In this document: positions 31,255-44,144 of the stretch, piece after piece
Layout of the letters: each line of letters opens with the position of its first letter
Position numbering within the stretch: the stretch's first letter is position 1
NCBI RefSeq assembly: GCF_009914755.1
Contig: NC_060930.1
Source of the DNA: the human T2T-CHM13v2.0 reference genome, Homo sapiens
DNA length: 64,000 bases
Direction: 5' to 3' (one strand)
Notes under the pieces: model-generated
The model's database searches: none
Told to the model about the DNA's origin: nothing
The model's input: the letters and a program-made list of their open reading frames with translations, nothing else
Position numbers and translations under genes: made by a program

Positions 31255-33563
31255 GGTTGAAGTCCTAACTCCCATCCCTGTGACTGTGGCCTTATTTGGA
31301 AACAAACTCTTTGCAGATGTACTTAAGATGCATTCATACCAGGTTAGGGTGGGCTGACTGATATCCTTATAAGAAGGAAATGTGGATACAGACACATATA
31401 CATAGGGGACATCATGTGACAATGCAGGCAGAGGTTAGAGTGATGAATCTACAAGCCAAGGAACACCAAGGCTTGCTGGAAACATGAGAAGCTGGTAGAC
31501 AGGCATGGAGAAGATTCTCCCCCAGAGCCTTCAGAGAGAGCATGGCCCTGCCAGTGACTTGATTTGAGACTTCTAACCTCCAGAACTGTACTATAATGTT
31601 TCTGTTGTTTTAAGGCACCCAGCTTGTGGTACTTTGCTAAGGCACCATTAGAAAGGAATAATGTTGAGTCTTGCTCCCAGGAACTACACATATTGGGGAG
31701 GGAGGGAGAGAAGCCAAACTAGGCAGAGGGAGAAGTTGAATGGTGATGCAGTTGGCAACAGTGGGTTCAGAACCCATATGAAGACCCTGTGGAAATGTCC
31801 CAAATGGAGGCAAGGGGCTTTTCTTCCTCCAGCATAGATCTGTCATTGGATGAGAGCTGCCCTTGGTGGAGGGGAGAAAGTTTGGGTTGAGTGAGGCAGC
31901 TTCCTTCCACAGAGGCAAATTCTGGAGAGGGACTCAGCTGTGAGCCCAGCCATGAGCCTTCGGCCACAGTCAACACCACTGCAGCTGGAGCTGGGGAAAG
32001 GTGAACGTCTATGGCCAGAAGGGAGAGCTGAGTGGCACCCATGATCAGTGGCCATGTTATAAACTCTAAAGTACAACATATCTATAAAAATGTGAGTACA
32101 CACTTGTCAAATATGATACTATGATAGTTTATCCAAGTTATATCTGTTTTATCTTTTCTTCAAAAAGGTGATTTTTATGTTTAATAGTGCAGTCTTTTTT
32201 TCAAGGCCGTGTTTTGCTTTTAGATGACCCAGCACCCATGATCAGTGGCCATGTCATCTAAACAGGGGAAGGACTTCAGAGGCCCAGAAACAAGAGATCG
32301 ACTGACTCTGGAGAGAGAACTGGAGGTAAGGGAGAGACAGAGTGATCAGAGAAGACAGATCTGGCTCTGAAAGCATAAAGGGGTTTCAGAGACCTTTGAT
32401 CCAATCTCACAACCCTACATGGGACTCTGTCCAAAACCAGGAAAAAAAAATGCAGTCTCTGTTGTGTTGAGTGACCCTCTTCCCTGGAGGATGGAATATA
32501 CTTCCTTATTGTCAACCAACACTAGCCTTCCTATGACTCAGAGTTTTTCCCACCTTACCAAACTGTGCCATTTTCACTCTGACACCCACCAACTCCCACT
32601 AGACAAAAAGATTTGTGCATTTTCTTTTTTGTAAGTTGCTCTGCAACTTTTTCCAACTACACACATTGTCTCCTGCCACCTTTCCCAAACTGTTGTTGAG
32701 GTTCATTGCTCAGGAGCACCAGAAAACATGCCTCCCTTCCTCTACATGGCAGCTTTTCAAATGCTTGCAGACACTTTTTCTGTCCTCCCTAAATCTTCTT
32801 TTCTCCAGGCCAAAATCCTCAGGACTAGAAAAACTCTTCCTGCCCTGCTATACAATTCAATTATACTAGGAGATTCCTTGATTGTCTTCCTGTGACATTG
32901 TTTCAAACATTTATTCAATCATCGTATATTTATTAATCAGGTTCCTGATGTTATGGGATCTTTGGGGTGTTGCTTCTCTGGCTGGAAAAAAGTGCTAGTG
33001 GCACTTTTGCCAAAGTTCTTTTCCCGTGTCCAGGAAGAATGAGGTATGCAGACAAGTGGAGGGCGAACAAGACAAAGAGGAGCTTTATTGAGCATTACAA
33101 CAGCTCAGGGGAAACCTGCAGTAGGGTAGTCTTCTCTGCAGCAGGTCAACCTGATGAGTATTCAGCTCTCAGCAGAGAAGGTAGCTCCTCTCTGCAGCTG
33201 CTTATCCTGTTGTCTACAGCTCTCAGCAGAAAGGAGGCCCTGGAGAGGGTAGCTCCTTTCTGCAGCTGGTCAACCTGACATCTCCTGCTTTCAGCAGAGG
33301 GGAGGCCCTGAAGAGGATAGCTCCTCTCTGCAGCTAGTCATCCTGACGTCTCGCCTGCTCTGGCTGAGTCCAGGGTTTTTATGGTCTTCAAAACCATGCT
33401 GATTGGTCCCGTGGGCAGCCATGGCCAGGCCCCAGAAAAAGCACCAAGAGATCCCCCTCCATTCCCCAGGACTGGCAGCCTGGCCTCCAGGCTTCACTGA
33501 AGCCTGAAGGTGGGGCTTCACTGATGATATGGTTTGGCTGTGCCCCCACCCAAATCTCATCTT

Positions 33564-33912
<349 letters not shown>

Positions 33913-34007
33913 TAATTGAATCTTGAGGGCAGGTCTTTCCTGTGTTGTTCTCATGACTGTGAATAAGTCTCATGAGATCTGATAGTTTTAAAAATGGGAG
34001 TTTCCAA

Positions 34008-34467
<460 letters not shown>

Positions 34468-34814
34468 TTATTAGTAGCATAAAAACAGACTAATACAGTA
34501 AATTGGTACCAGTAGAGTGGGGTGCTGCTGATAAGATACCCAAAAATGTGGAAGCAGCTTTGGAACTGGGTAACAGGCAGAGGTTGAAACAGTTTAGAGG
34601 GCTCAGAAGAAGACAGGAAAATGTGGGAAAGTTTGGAACTTCCTAGAGATTTGTTGAATAGCTTTGACAAAAATCCTAATAGCAATATGGACAATAAGGT
34701 CCAGGCTGAGGTAGTCTCAGATGGAGATTAGAAACTTGTTGGGACCTGGAGCAAAGATGACCTTGTTACGTTTTAGCAAAGAGACTGGCAGCATTTTGCC
34801 CTTGCCCTAGAGAT

Positions 34815-35696
34815 ATGTGGAAATTTGAACTTGAGAGAGATGATTTAGGGTATCTGGCAGAAGAAATTTCTAAGAAGCAAAGCATTCGAGAGATGACTTT
34901 GGTGCTGTTAAAGGCATTCAGTTTTAAAAGGGAAACAGAGCATAAAAGTTCAGAAATTTTGCAGCCTGGCAATGCAACAGAAAAGAAAATCCCATTTTCT
35001 CAGGTGAAATTCAAGCCGGCTGCAGAAATTTGCAGTAACAAGGAGCCGAACATTAATCCCCAAGGCAATGGGGAAAATGTCTTCAAGGCATGTCAGAGGT
35101 CTTCACAGCGGCCCCTCCCATCACAGGCCTGGAGGCCTAGGAGGAAAAAGTGGCTTCGTGGGCCAGGCCCAGGGTCCCTGTGCTGTGTGAAGACTAGGGA
35201 ATTGGTGCCCTGTGTCCCAGCCACTCCAGGTGAGGCTGAAAGGGGCCAACATAGGGCTTGGGCTGTGGCTTCAGAGGGTTCAAGCCCCAAGCCTTGGCAG
35301 CTTCCAGATGCTGTTGAGCCTGTGGATGCACAAAAGTCAAGAATTGAGGTTTGGGACCCTCTGCCTAGATTTCAGAAGATGTATGGAAACGCCTGGATGC
35401 CCAGGCAAAAGTTCGCTGCAGGGGCAGGGCTTTCATGGAGAACCTCTTCTAGGGCAGTGCAGAAGGGAAATATGGGGTTGGAGCCCCCACACAAGAGTCC
35501 CTACTGTGAGAAGACAGCCACTGTCCTCCAGACTCCAGGATGGCAGATCCACCAACAGCTTGCACCATGTGCCTGGAAAAGCCACAGACACTCAACACTA
35601 GCTGATGAAAGCAGCCAAGAGGGAGGGGGTACCCTGAAAAGCCACAGGGGCAGAGCTGCTCAAAGCCATGGGAGCCCACCTCTTGCATCAGTGTGA
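34815..35696 (+). pseudogene. THE1 internal (MaLR) ORF remnant, 293 codons open
   Basis: WKFELERDDLGYLAEEISKKQSI..WDPLPRFQKMYGNAWMPRQKFAAG is paralogous to the MST-internal ORFs at 47434-48006 and 48701-49225. Confidence 0.75.
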
Positions 35697-36984
35697 CCTG
35701 GATATGAGAGGGACCTGGTGGGAGGTAATTGAATCATGGGGGCAGGTCTTTCCCATGCTGTTCTCATGATAGTGAATAAGTTTCATGAGATCTGATGGTT
35801 TTAAAAACGGGAGTTTCCCTACACAAGCTCTTTGCTCTTGTCTGCCGCCATGTGAGATGTGCCTTTCACCTTCCGCCATGATTGTGAGGCCTCCCCAGCC
35901 ATGTGGAACTGTAAGTCCAATAAACCTTTTATTTTGTAAATTGCCCAATCTTGGGTGTGTCTTTATCAGCAGCCTGAAAACAGACTAATACAACTGGGGA
36001 TCTACTCCTCCTGCCCAGGAGCCTGTCTGCCTCCTGCCACCATTCATGGTGCCCAGGCTGTTTATGCCAAGAAGCGCCTGCAGGCCTGCGCTGAGCTGCC
36101 TTCAGCCCCACCTCGACTTCTCTCCCATGCTTGTCAGTACCCAAAGACCAGAGGGGGTTGAGGAAACAGAGGGCTGGCATGTCAGTGCTGCCCCAAGTGT
36201 GTGCCCACCCAGTGGGGTTGCGGCAGCACCCAGGTTTGGCCCAACCTTGCTCCACAATCAGAGTGGGTCAGGAGAAGGGAGAGGCCAGGCAGCAGGAGCA
36301 GGCACTTCTGAGCCTGAGGTGGGCAGGGAGGCCTTCCCGGGCCTCCCAGAGCACGAAGATGCCTGAGTCCACAGCTGGGCTTGAGCAGGTGTGGCTGCAC
36401 CTGCGGGGAGCTCCTGCCCCACCAACTCGGAAGTGGCAGGGCTCCCACTTATCCCCAGCTCCCATCAGCTCCATGGAGCATGCAGCCCTGGCCATGCCTC
36501 CAAGATCAGAGCAAGCGCCAGCAGTGGGGAGAAGCCAGGCAGCAGGAACAGGCACTCCAAGCCTTTAGGGGACAGGGGGGCCTTCCTGGGCCCCAAAGAG
36601 CACAGAGATGCCTGGGTCTGGAGCCACAGCAGGGCAGCTGCAGAGGCACCCAGGGAGGGAGAGGTTCCTGCTTGCTCCATCGAGTGGGAGACCTAAGCCT
36701 GCTTCCCCACTGCAGCCAGCATCTTAGCAGTGGCCGCTGCTGCGGCTATCACTGAATTTATGGGGGGGAATATACATATATATATATTCATCTACTTATT
36801 AGGAACCTACTTTGGACCAGTCACTTGGGGATATAACAATAAACAAGGAAATCTCAGCTCTGTGAATTTCAACATTACAGGAGAAAAGATAAGGAAAAAC
36901 CTTTCTGGTACATGTGCAACAAAATGGCGATGAGGACTGAAGACAGAGCATGGGATATAGAGTTGTACTGTGTAGATTCTATTC

Positions 36985-37170
36985 CCATCTCGACCACCCA
37001 CTAGCTGTGTGCCTTTGAATTATTTAATCTCTCTTGACTTTGATTTTTTTCATCCTTCAAATGGGGATAATAACATGACCTCATAGAATGGCCTTGAGGG
37101 ATTAAATGGGTTAATACATATAAAGCTCTTAAAATGGTACCTGCACATAATAAGGACTCACAGAAAATTA
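36985..37170 (+). mobile_element. MIR
   Basis: ctagctgtgtgcctttg..aaatggggataataac..gggattaaatgggttaatacat. Confidence 0.75.
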
Positions 37171-38159
37171 CCCTTGATGATTAAATTATTATTACTGTGC
37201 AATTGTAAACTCTATGCAAAAGCAAGGCATCCAGGATGATGCTCAGAGTTCTGCCTGAGCTACTAAGCGGAGGGTAGAGTCATTGACCGAGACAAGAACT
37301 CAGGAGAGGAGCAGGCTTAGGGAGAAAGTGATAAGTTAATTTTTGTACATCTTAGGTTGGAGGAAACTGCAGGATATTCAAAGTCAGTTGTCCAGAAGAC
37401 AGTTGGATATCAGTTTCTGGAGGTCAAGGGACAAGTGTGGGTTGGAAATGTTCATAACCTCTCAATATCTTAACTACCCTTTTCTGAACACTCTCTATGT
37501 TCTTAGCCTCTAAAAATAAGGTGCTCAGAACTGGACATACAGCACCTCAGGTGTGGTCAGACCAGCCCAGAGTACACAGAGATAGGAAGAAAGGTAGTTC
37601 TCTCAAATGGCGAAAAAGTCAGGACACTAGTCAGGACTACACTGGGGGCTGGGCATATGAAGAAAGTAATACACAGTTGCTGCCCTGTGGGAGTTTATTG
37701 CCAGTCAATTAATTGTTACTGGGGTGAGTATAAAGCTCTATCCACAACAAAAGAGTAAAATGTTCTTTGTTTTTTGAGGTCTTAATTTAATTTTTAGTAG
37801 GGATGCCCCCATTCCTATGATGAGGCAGAAACTTAATTTTAGTCATTTTGGGTTCCCCTTGCCCTTTGTGAGGGATTGTGTCTAGGTTCCAGGGTATTTC
37901 CAGAGGCATTGAGAAGGAGGTCTCGGAACCTCACTGTCATCTGTGCATGCTTGCTTCTACTGAGAGGGCCATCAGCCCTGGTCCTCATTTATAGGCTGGT
38001 TCTGGCACCTGCTGAGCCATCCTTCTATTCCTCAGCTTCCACAGGGCTTTTCAGATCTAGGATCCTTTCTTCTTCCCCTCTCCTGTAGGGAACAAGGGAA
38101 AAACTTCCCCTTTGCCCTCTGAAATTTTGCTGAAAAATCAACTTACAAAAGGTAGATTT

Positions 38160-39352
38160 GATCGGGCAGGGTGGCTCACACCTGTAATTCCAGCACTTTG
38201 GGAGGCTGAGGCAGGCAGATAACTTGAGCCCAGGAGTTGGAGATCAGCCTGGGAGAAACCCCATCTCTACAAAAAATTAGCCAGGTGTGGTTGCACACAC
38301 CCATAGTCCCAGCTATGCAGGAGGCTGAGGTGGGAGGATGGCTTAAGCCTGGAGGTCAAGGCTGCAGTGAGCTGTGATTGTGCCACTGCACTCTAGCCTG
38401 GGTCACGGAGCAAGACCCTGTTGACAGTGGCAGGAGGCAGACAAATTCCTAAGCAGACAGGGACAGGTCTCTGGTGAAACCTAATCTTCAAGCCAAAGAC
38501 AGCCTGAAGCTGAAAACGAAGTTGCCAGTTCTGGGTAGAGTCCGCAACCAGAGTGACAACTTCCTTGATGCCTTTTAGCCAATGGAATGGTGCTTTTTCC
38601 AGGGGCTGCCCATGGACCAGTCAGCACTCACACCCCCGTTCTGACCCCATAAAAACCCTGGACTCAGCTTCACTGATGGCTACACACTTTGGGGCCCCCT
38701 CTCACACTGAGGGCTACCCACTTTGGGTCCCCTCTTGTGTCAAGAGCTTTTCTGTCATTCAGTAAAACCATTCTCTGCCTTTCTCACTCTCCAGTGTCCA
38801 TGAATCTCATTCCTCTTGATCATGGGACAAGAACCTGGAACCTGCCAAATAGTGGGTGCAAAAAGAGATGTAACACTGTAACCCTCCCTCCCACTTGCCG
38901 AACAATGGTGAAGAAAAAGCTGCTGGGTGCCACATGTCCCCACTTACTGAGCTGCAGGTGGCGGGACCAAATGAGAGCTGTAACACTTCCAGGGGCTCAG
39001 ACCTTGGGAATCCCTGAGCAAAAGCTGTAACACCACTTGGGGCTCCACGGTTGCTGGCATTTCCGAGCTTTGGGGTGCCACCATGTCCCCCTCATCCAGA
39101 CACCAGTGCCCAAGGTAGAAGCTGGTCACGGCATGCCCGGACCAGTTGTGGGCTGAGCGCAGAGCTGTGGCAGGTGCGGGATCCAGGCGGGTAGTGCTAG
39201 CTGAGCGCAGCCCTCCAGGCTGAGGGGGCGGAACAACCCCAGCAGGCCCTAGTGAAGCCCGGGCAGAGGCACCACCAGCTGCAGAGATTTCTGGCTGGCA
39301 AAGTGGCACCGAAAGGATCCTGTGTCACTGTCTCAAAGAAAAAAAAAGAAGA
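38160..39352 (+). mobile_element. AluJ-like split near its 3' end by an LTR
   Basis: ..gcaagaccctgt | LTR | ctgtctcaaagaaaaa; Alu TSD aaaaggtagatt/agaaggcagatt. Confidence 0.88.
38422..39327 (+). mobile_element. LTR28/LTR1-family ERV1 solo LTR
   Basis: TG..CA termini (tgacagtggcaggaggcagacaaattcc ... ggatcctgtgtca); perfect TSD CTGT. Confidence 0.8.
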
Positions 39353-40427
39353 AGAAGGCAGATTAATTGGAGAACAGGCATACAGATTTATTAACGTGCA
39401 CATGGGGAGAACCACAGAGTGGTTATCCACCACTCAATGAGGGTCAGAAGCTTATAGCCATCTTGAAGTTACAGAAAGAATGGGGCCTTGGATCCTGACA
39501 AAACAGGTTATGGGAGGTGGGAGAAGAGGAATTCTGTTGAGAGGCAGTAAAGGATTAATGGATCAGGGGCACAAGTTAACATGTAAATAGTTCTCTTTGG
39601 AATTCGAGTGGAGCCTAAGGGACAGACACTATCCTGTAAAAGCGTCTGTTTAGGTGTGGTTACCTTCTTGGTGTTACAGGAAGGAGGAGAAAAACACAAT
39701 TTGTTTTTCGTTTTTTGTTTCTTTTTTTGGTGGGTACAGACTTTAGACTGATAAAGGAACTTTAGCCTTGCTTTGAGGGAGTCAGTGAGGGTTGAGGGGG
39801 GTGGCTTAGAGAGACTTTGAGGATTCTTCATCAGTTCAGTATGTCAAAGTAAACATACTTATTTTGAAATATCAGTTTGAGAACATATTTTGGGATATTG
39901 GTTTCTGAGTCCCAACATCCCTCATCTGTCTGTCTTCTATGCCTCTTTTAAGTGGTGATGGAAATGCTAGGAGACCAACTGAGGCCTTGTCGAGCTCAAC
40001 ACATCACAAAACCATTTCTCTCATAGGTCCTCCAAAGAAGGCTGAGCCCAGAGAGGGGCAGGGTGCAAGATGGCTCTTTATCTGAGACCCACATTGTTTA
40101 TTCACTCAATTCCTCTCCAAAACAGGTCCCAAAAGTAAAAGAAATACTGGAAAATAAAACATTTCTTACTATTTCCAAGTGGTTCAGGCCATCTCTGCCC
40201 TTGAAGCCAGGTGGACCCACCTGTGAGGCTTGACTCCAGCAATGTTTTGATTCCCATGTTTTTTTTAACTCAAACTCCTCTCTCCATTGCCAGACTCCTG
40301 TTCTGTGATTTTTTTTTTTATTCTGATTATTCCCAACACGTGGAACTTGGTGCTCCAACTTAGTTGGCTTCTCTACCTTCAGTATCTCCTAGTGTTTCAG
40401 GCAGGAGAGTGAAGTAATCAAAACCAG

Positions 40428-40710
40428 AGGCTGGGTGTGGTGGTGCATGCCTGTAATTCCGACATTTTGGGAGGCCAAGGCAGAAGGATTGCTTCAGCCC
40501 AGGATTTTGAGACCAGCCTGGGCAACATAGTGAGACCCTATCTGTACAAAACAAATTTTTTTAATTAGCCAGGCATGGTGGTGTGTGCCTGCAGTCCCAG
40601 CTACTTAGTAGGGTGAGGTAGGAGGATCACTTAGGCCCAGGAGTTTGAGGATGCAGTGAGCTATGATCATGCCACTGCACTCCAGCCTGGGTGAAAAGAA
40701 AGGAAATAAA
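40428..40710 (+). mobile_element. AluJ-like
   Basis: Dimer. Confidence 0.9.
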
Positions 40711-41118
40711 AGAGGCAGGTAGGAAGGTCTGAGAATGCTTGCCATAGTTTTGCAAGATGTGATAAAGACTTATTCTTAGATAGGCCCAGTGAGGGTTCAA
40801 TGTTCTTCCCTCCAGGAATACCAAGGCCACTCCAAGAAGTTGGGTGGAAGATATAGTGCCTCAATTAAGGCTGATGATCAGAGGAATCAAAAAAGCAGGA
40901 AGGAGCTCAAGGGGATTCTGAAAGTAGTATGTAGATGTTCCTGGTGGCTTTTAGTGAGATCCTCAAGCAGACCTGGCAGGTGCATCAATTACATTGGAAC
41001 GGTTGGCATGGGGGCAGTTATGGGAATAGAAACAAGGGATAGGGGATAGACTTATCTACAGAATCTGGTAAGCAGTTGATATAGGGAGCAAAAAATCTGA
41101 TAAATTCAAATTTCATAT

Positions 41119-41217
41119 TGTAGGGAAGGAAAAGGACTTTCCTCTACCCTCTTATATTAAATGAGTGGGACCTATAAATTAAACTGAGAAAAGACAAATT
41201 AACAAGAAAAATGGCTT

Positions 41218-41265
<48 letters not shown>

Positions 41266-41871
41266 CTTTTTTAAGAGACAGGGTCTCACTATGTTGCCCA
41301 GGCTGGTCTCAAACTCCTCAGTCCTCCCACCTCACCCTCCCCAGTAGCTAAGATTATAGGTACGTGCCACCATACCTAGCTACAAATTGTATTTGATGTA
41401 AATAGTGTAATTTTATTAGGTGCGCAAAGGTCTTCATGGAGAAAAAGAAAAGATCAAAAGAGGCAGTTAGACCAGGGGTTTATATACCACTTTAACAAAG
41501 TGTGATAAAGTTGTGAAGAAGTGACAAGACGAAGGAAAGGGGGTTTGGGCTTCTAGAGGTGATGAATTGCTGAAAGGTAAATATATGAGGGAAACTAATG
41601 ACAGCTGGGGCTTTATTTTAGTAAGGTTTGTTTGTGCGGTCCCATCTTAGTGCCAATTTTTCTGTCTGCAGTGATAGGGTTGTTCTTCTCTGATACGGGA
41701 AAGGGGAGGGGGAACACCTTCACATAGGGAAATTTATGTCCTGCTTTTAGACAGAGAGGGGGAAGGCAAAAAGCTCTTCCTACGTTGGCTGCTTCTTAGT
41801 TGCCTCCAGCGCAAAACACTCCTTATGACAAATTGGCATAAGGGTGAGGTAGTATATTCAGAACTCCTTCA
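41119..41871 (-). mobile_element. MER34-like solo LTR containing (GT)n and an Alu fragment
   Basis: tgtagggaagg ... gaactccttca; perfect TSD ATAT. Confidence 0.7.
41220..41263. repeat. (GT)~22 microsatellite
   Basis: Seen directly. Confidence 0.97.
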
Positions 41872-42472
41872 ATATTCAAGTCTGGGGTAGTAAGGGGAAT
41901 AGGAGGGGAATATCCAAGTTTCTGACTTGAAGCTAGGTAGGAAGTGGTGGGACTCACTAATGTAGAAAGAAAGGAAGTTGGTAGCAACAAGAAGTGGATG
42001 CGTTCAGAATAGGTGAAATAGAGAGTCAGAAACAAGAGCTGAAAGACTGTGCTTAGAGAGCATGATGCTGGAAGTGCATGAGCTGAAGCAGTCCTGAGTA
42101 ATAGCAAGGTCCAGGATGTGGCCATGATATCCAAGAAGTTGAAACTGCTTGGAAATGAGCAGGTCTAGGGCCTGAGAGCTGAAAATGTTTGGATGAACAC
42201 AGAAGCTGCTCAATATGTGGCCTCCTGGCATTACAGCTTTGCCTCCCCATAACTACACACAGTAAATGAGCCATCTCTCTCAGCTTTGGCCTTATGAACA
42301 ATCTATGAACATTCCTTTCACATTACTTTTCAAGCTGCTGATAGAAATACTAAACAGGCCTGAGGCAGATACTTACCTTGAGTATGCTTGGAGAATTCCA
42401 AATATGCCTTGATGGTTTTGAAGTATTTTGTTTTATATGGTTAGGGAGCATTGTCAAGATAATGTTCAATGT

Positions 42473-42632
42473 AGCCGGGCATGGTGGCACATGCCTGTAG
42501 TCCCAACTACTCAGGAAGCTGAGGTGGAAGAATGGTTGAGCCCAGGAGTTTGAGGTTACAATGAACTATGATCACACCACTGCACTCTAGCCTGGGTGAC
42601 AGAGCCAGACTCTGTCTCTAAAAAATAAAAAT
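42473..42632 (+). mobile_element. Alu right monomer (FRAM-like or truncated AluJ)
   Basis: Flanked by aagataatgttc(a/t)atgta on both sides (TSD). Confidence 0.85.
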
Positions 42633-43844
42633 ACAGAAGATAATGTTCTATGTATTCAGGGGACTAATCCCTCACTTCCAGTTATTTCCCACAACAGGTT
42701 GATTGTAAGGCATGGCACATGGAGAAGGGTGAGGTATTTATCTTGTGGTTTATTTCCTGGATTTTATAATTTATAGGTAAGTTATATCACCCCAAATTTA
42801 CTGAGCCCAGGTCCCACTAATAACAAAAAGCTCTATATCTCCCATTAAGATATATGCAACATGCAAAAAAGCTCTTGGGCTTTTTAGCCATTATGTTTTC
42901 TGTTGCACTTGGACCTAAAACCTCAACTTCCATATTCAAGCCTGGGATGATCAAGGGGGTGGAGGGGAGTGCAGGGAGGTAGAATGAAGGGGTGGTACTG
43001 TCGGTAGACAGACTGAGATGGCAAGGAGCCTAGACAAATGAAGATAAATTGAGTCAGAAGATCTGGATTCTTGCCCAGGTCTGGCCCTTCTTAGCTCTGT
43101 GAATTGGGCAGGTCACTGAACATTGTCTACTAAGTAGGAGTTGTATTAGTTTACCATGCCTAGTTCAATAGGTTATCGTGGGTACAAAGGTGGAACAATG
43201 GATGGGAAGGTGCTTTGTAATTACTCATTCATTAGAGATGAGGGAAGAAACTGTTGGCACTTTTTATGAGGGAAGAATCTGTTGGGCCTGCATTTCCAAC
43301 CATCTGCAAGACTTTGCTACATATTAACTCTGCCTATCACTATGCATAATCCTTCCCATTGGCAAGATCCTTTGAAAACCGAGGGCTGTCAGCAGAGCCA
43401 CTTGATTCTGGTTATTGAGAAAAGCTTTTCCTGCCAGTTCAACCTAAGCCTGGGCCTTCCCTAGGCCCATTTTAGCACCAGGTGGCAGAAAAAAGAAAAT
43501 CTGAATGTAAAACATCTTAAAGAGTCATTTTACATTTCCTGGAAGTCTCAGGGCAGGGGGCTGTAGCCCAGAAAGAGGAATTACACTCCTATAACACACA
43601 GAGAAACACTCTCAAATCCTAGCTGGAAAATCTTCTCCCCTAGGCCTGTCATGAAGACAGCTGCTTCCCTAAGTCCCTCTCATCTTCTCCCATACTCTTG
43701 CCTTCTCCACCTCTGCTCTCACTTCTTACTGAACTTTTTCATCCTAATTTGGATAATTTTCTGATGTTTTTCTCCATCCACAACCCAAGCAGCCCAGTGC
43801 AGCCCAACAGCTGAGCTTTGTTTGTGTATTAGAAGAAACTTATG

Positions 43845-44144
43845 GGCCAGGCTCAGTGGATAGAGCTTGTAATCACAGCACTTTGGGAGGCCAAGGCGGG
43901 CAGATCTCTTGAGGCCAGGAGTTCAAGACCAGCCTGGCCAACATGAAACTCCGTCTCTACTAAAAATACAAAAATTAGCCGAGCGTGGTGGCACATGCCT
44001 GTAATCCCAGCTACTCAGGAGGCTGAGGCAGGAGAATCGCTTGAACCCGGAAGGCAGAGGGAGGGAGCCGGCATTGTGCCACCGCAGTCCAGCCTCGGCA
44101 ACTAAGGGAGACTCTGTCTCAAAAAAAAAAAAAAAAAAAAAAAA
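43845..44144 (+). mobile_element. AluS
   Basis: Dimer with a ~24-A tail. Confidence 0.9.

Larger units (their letters stand above)
29759..31662 (+). mobile_element. MLT1C-like LTR, interrupted
   Basis: tgttgtgggttgaatggt..aaaagata / ttgaagtcctaac...; TSD gttgg/gttga. Confidence 0.8.
29692..32045 (-). mobile_element. Old ERVL LTR (LTR33-like), host of a nested stack
   Basis: aaacagattctgagagggagatctgc (29692-29758) resumes after 31662 with ggcagagggagaagttgaatggtgatgcagt. Confidence 0.55.
38084..39917 (-). mobile_element. MER34/MER39-like ERV1 solo LTR, interrupted by an Alu
   Basis: Ends ttttgggatattggtttctgagtcccaaca (reverse complement TGTTGGGACTCAGAAAC..); starts tgtagggaac. Confidence 0.7.

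Noticed and set aside
33110-33345. Four repeats of gggtagctcctctctgcagc with variable spacers, superficially CRISPR-like
   Set aside because: Degenerate internal tandem repeats of the MER52-type LTR in a eukaryotic context, with related spacers and no cas genes
35929-36755. Dense overlapping ORFs in GC-rich sequence, suggesting a gene or CpG island
   Set aside because: GC-rich MER52 LTR body with few stop codons by composition; CpG-depleted
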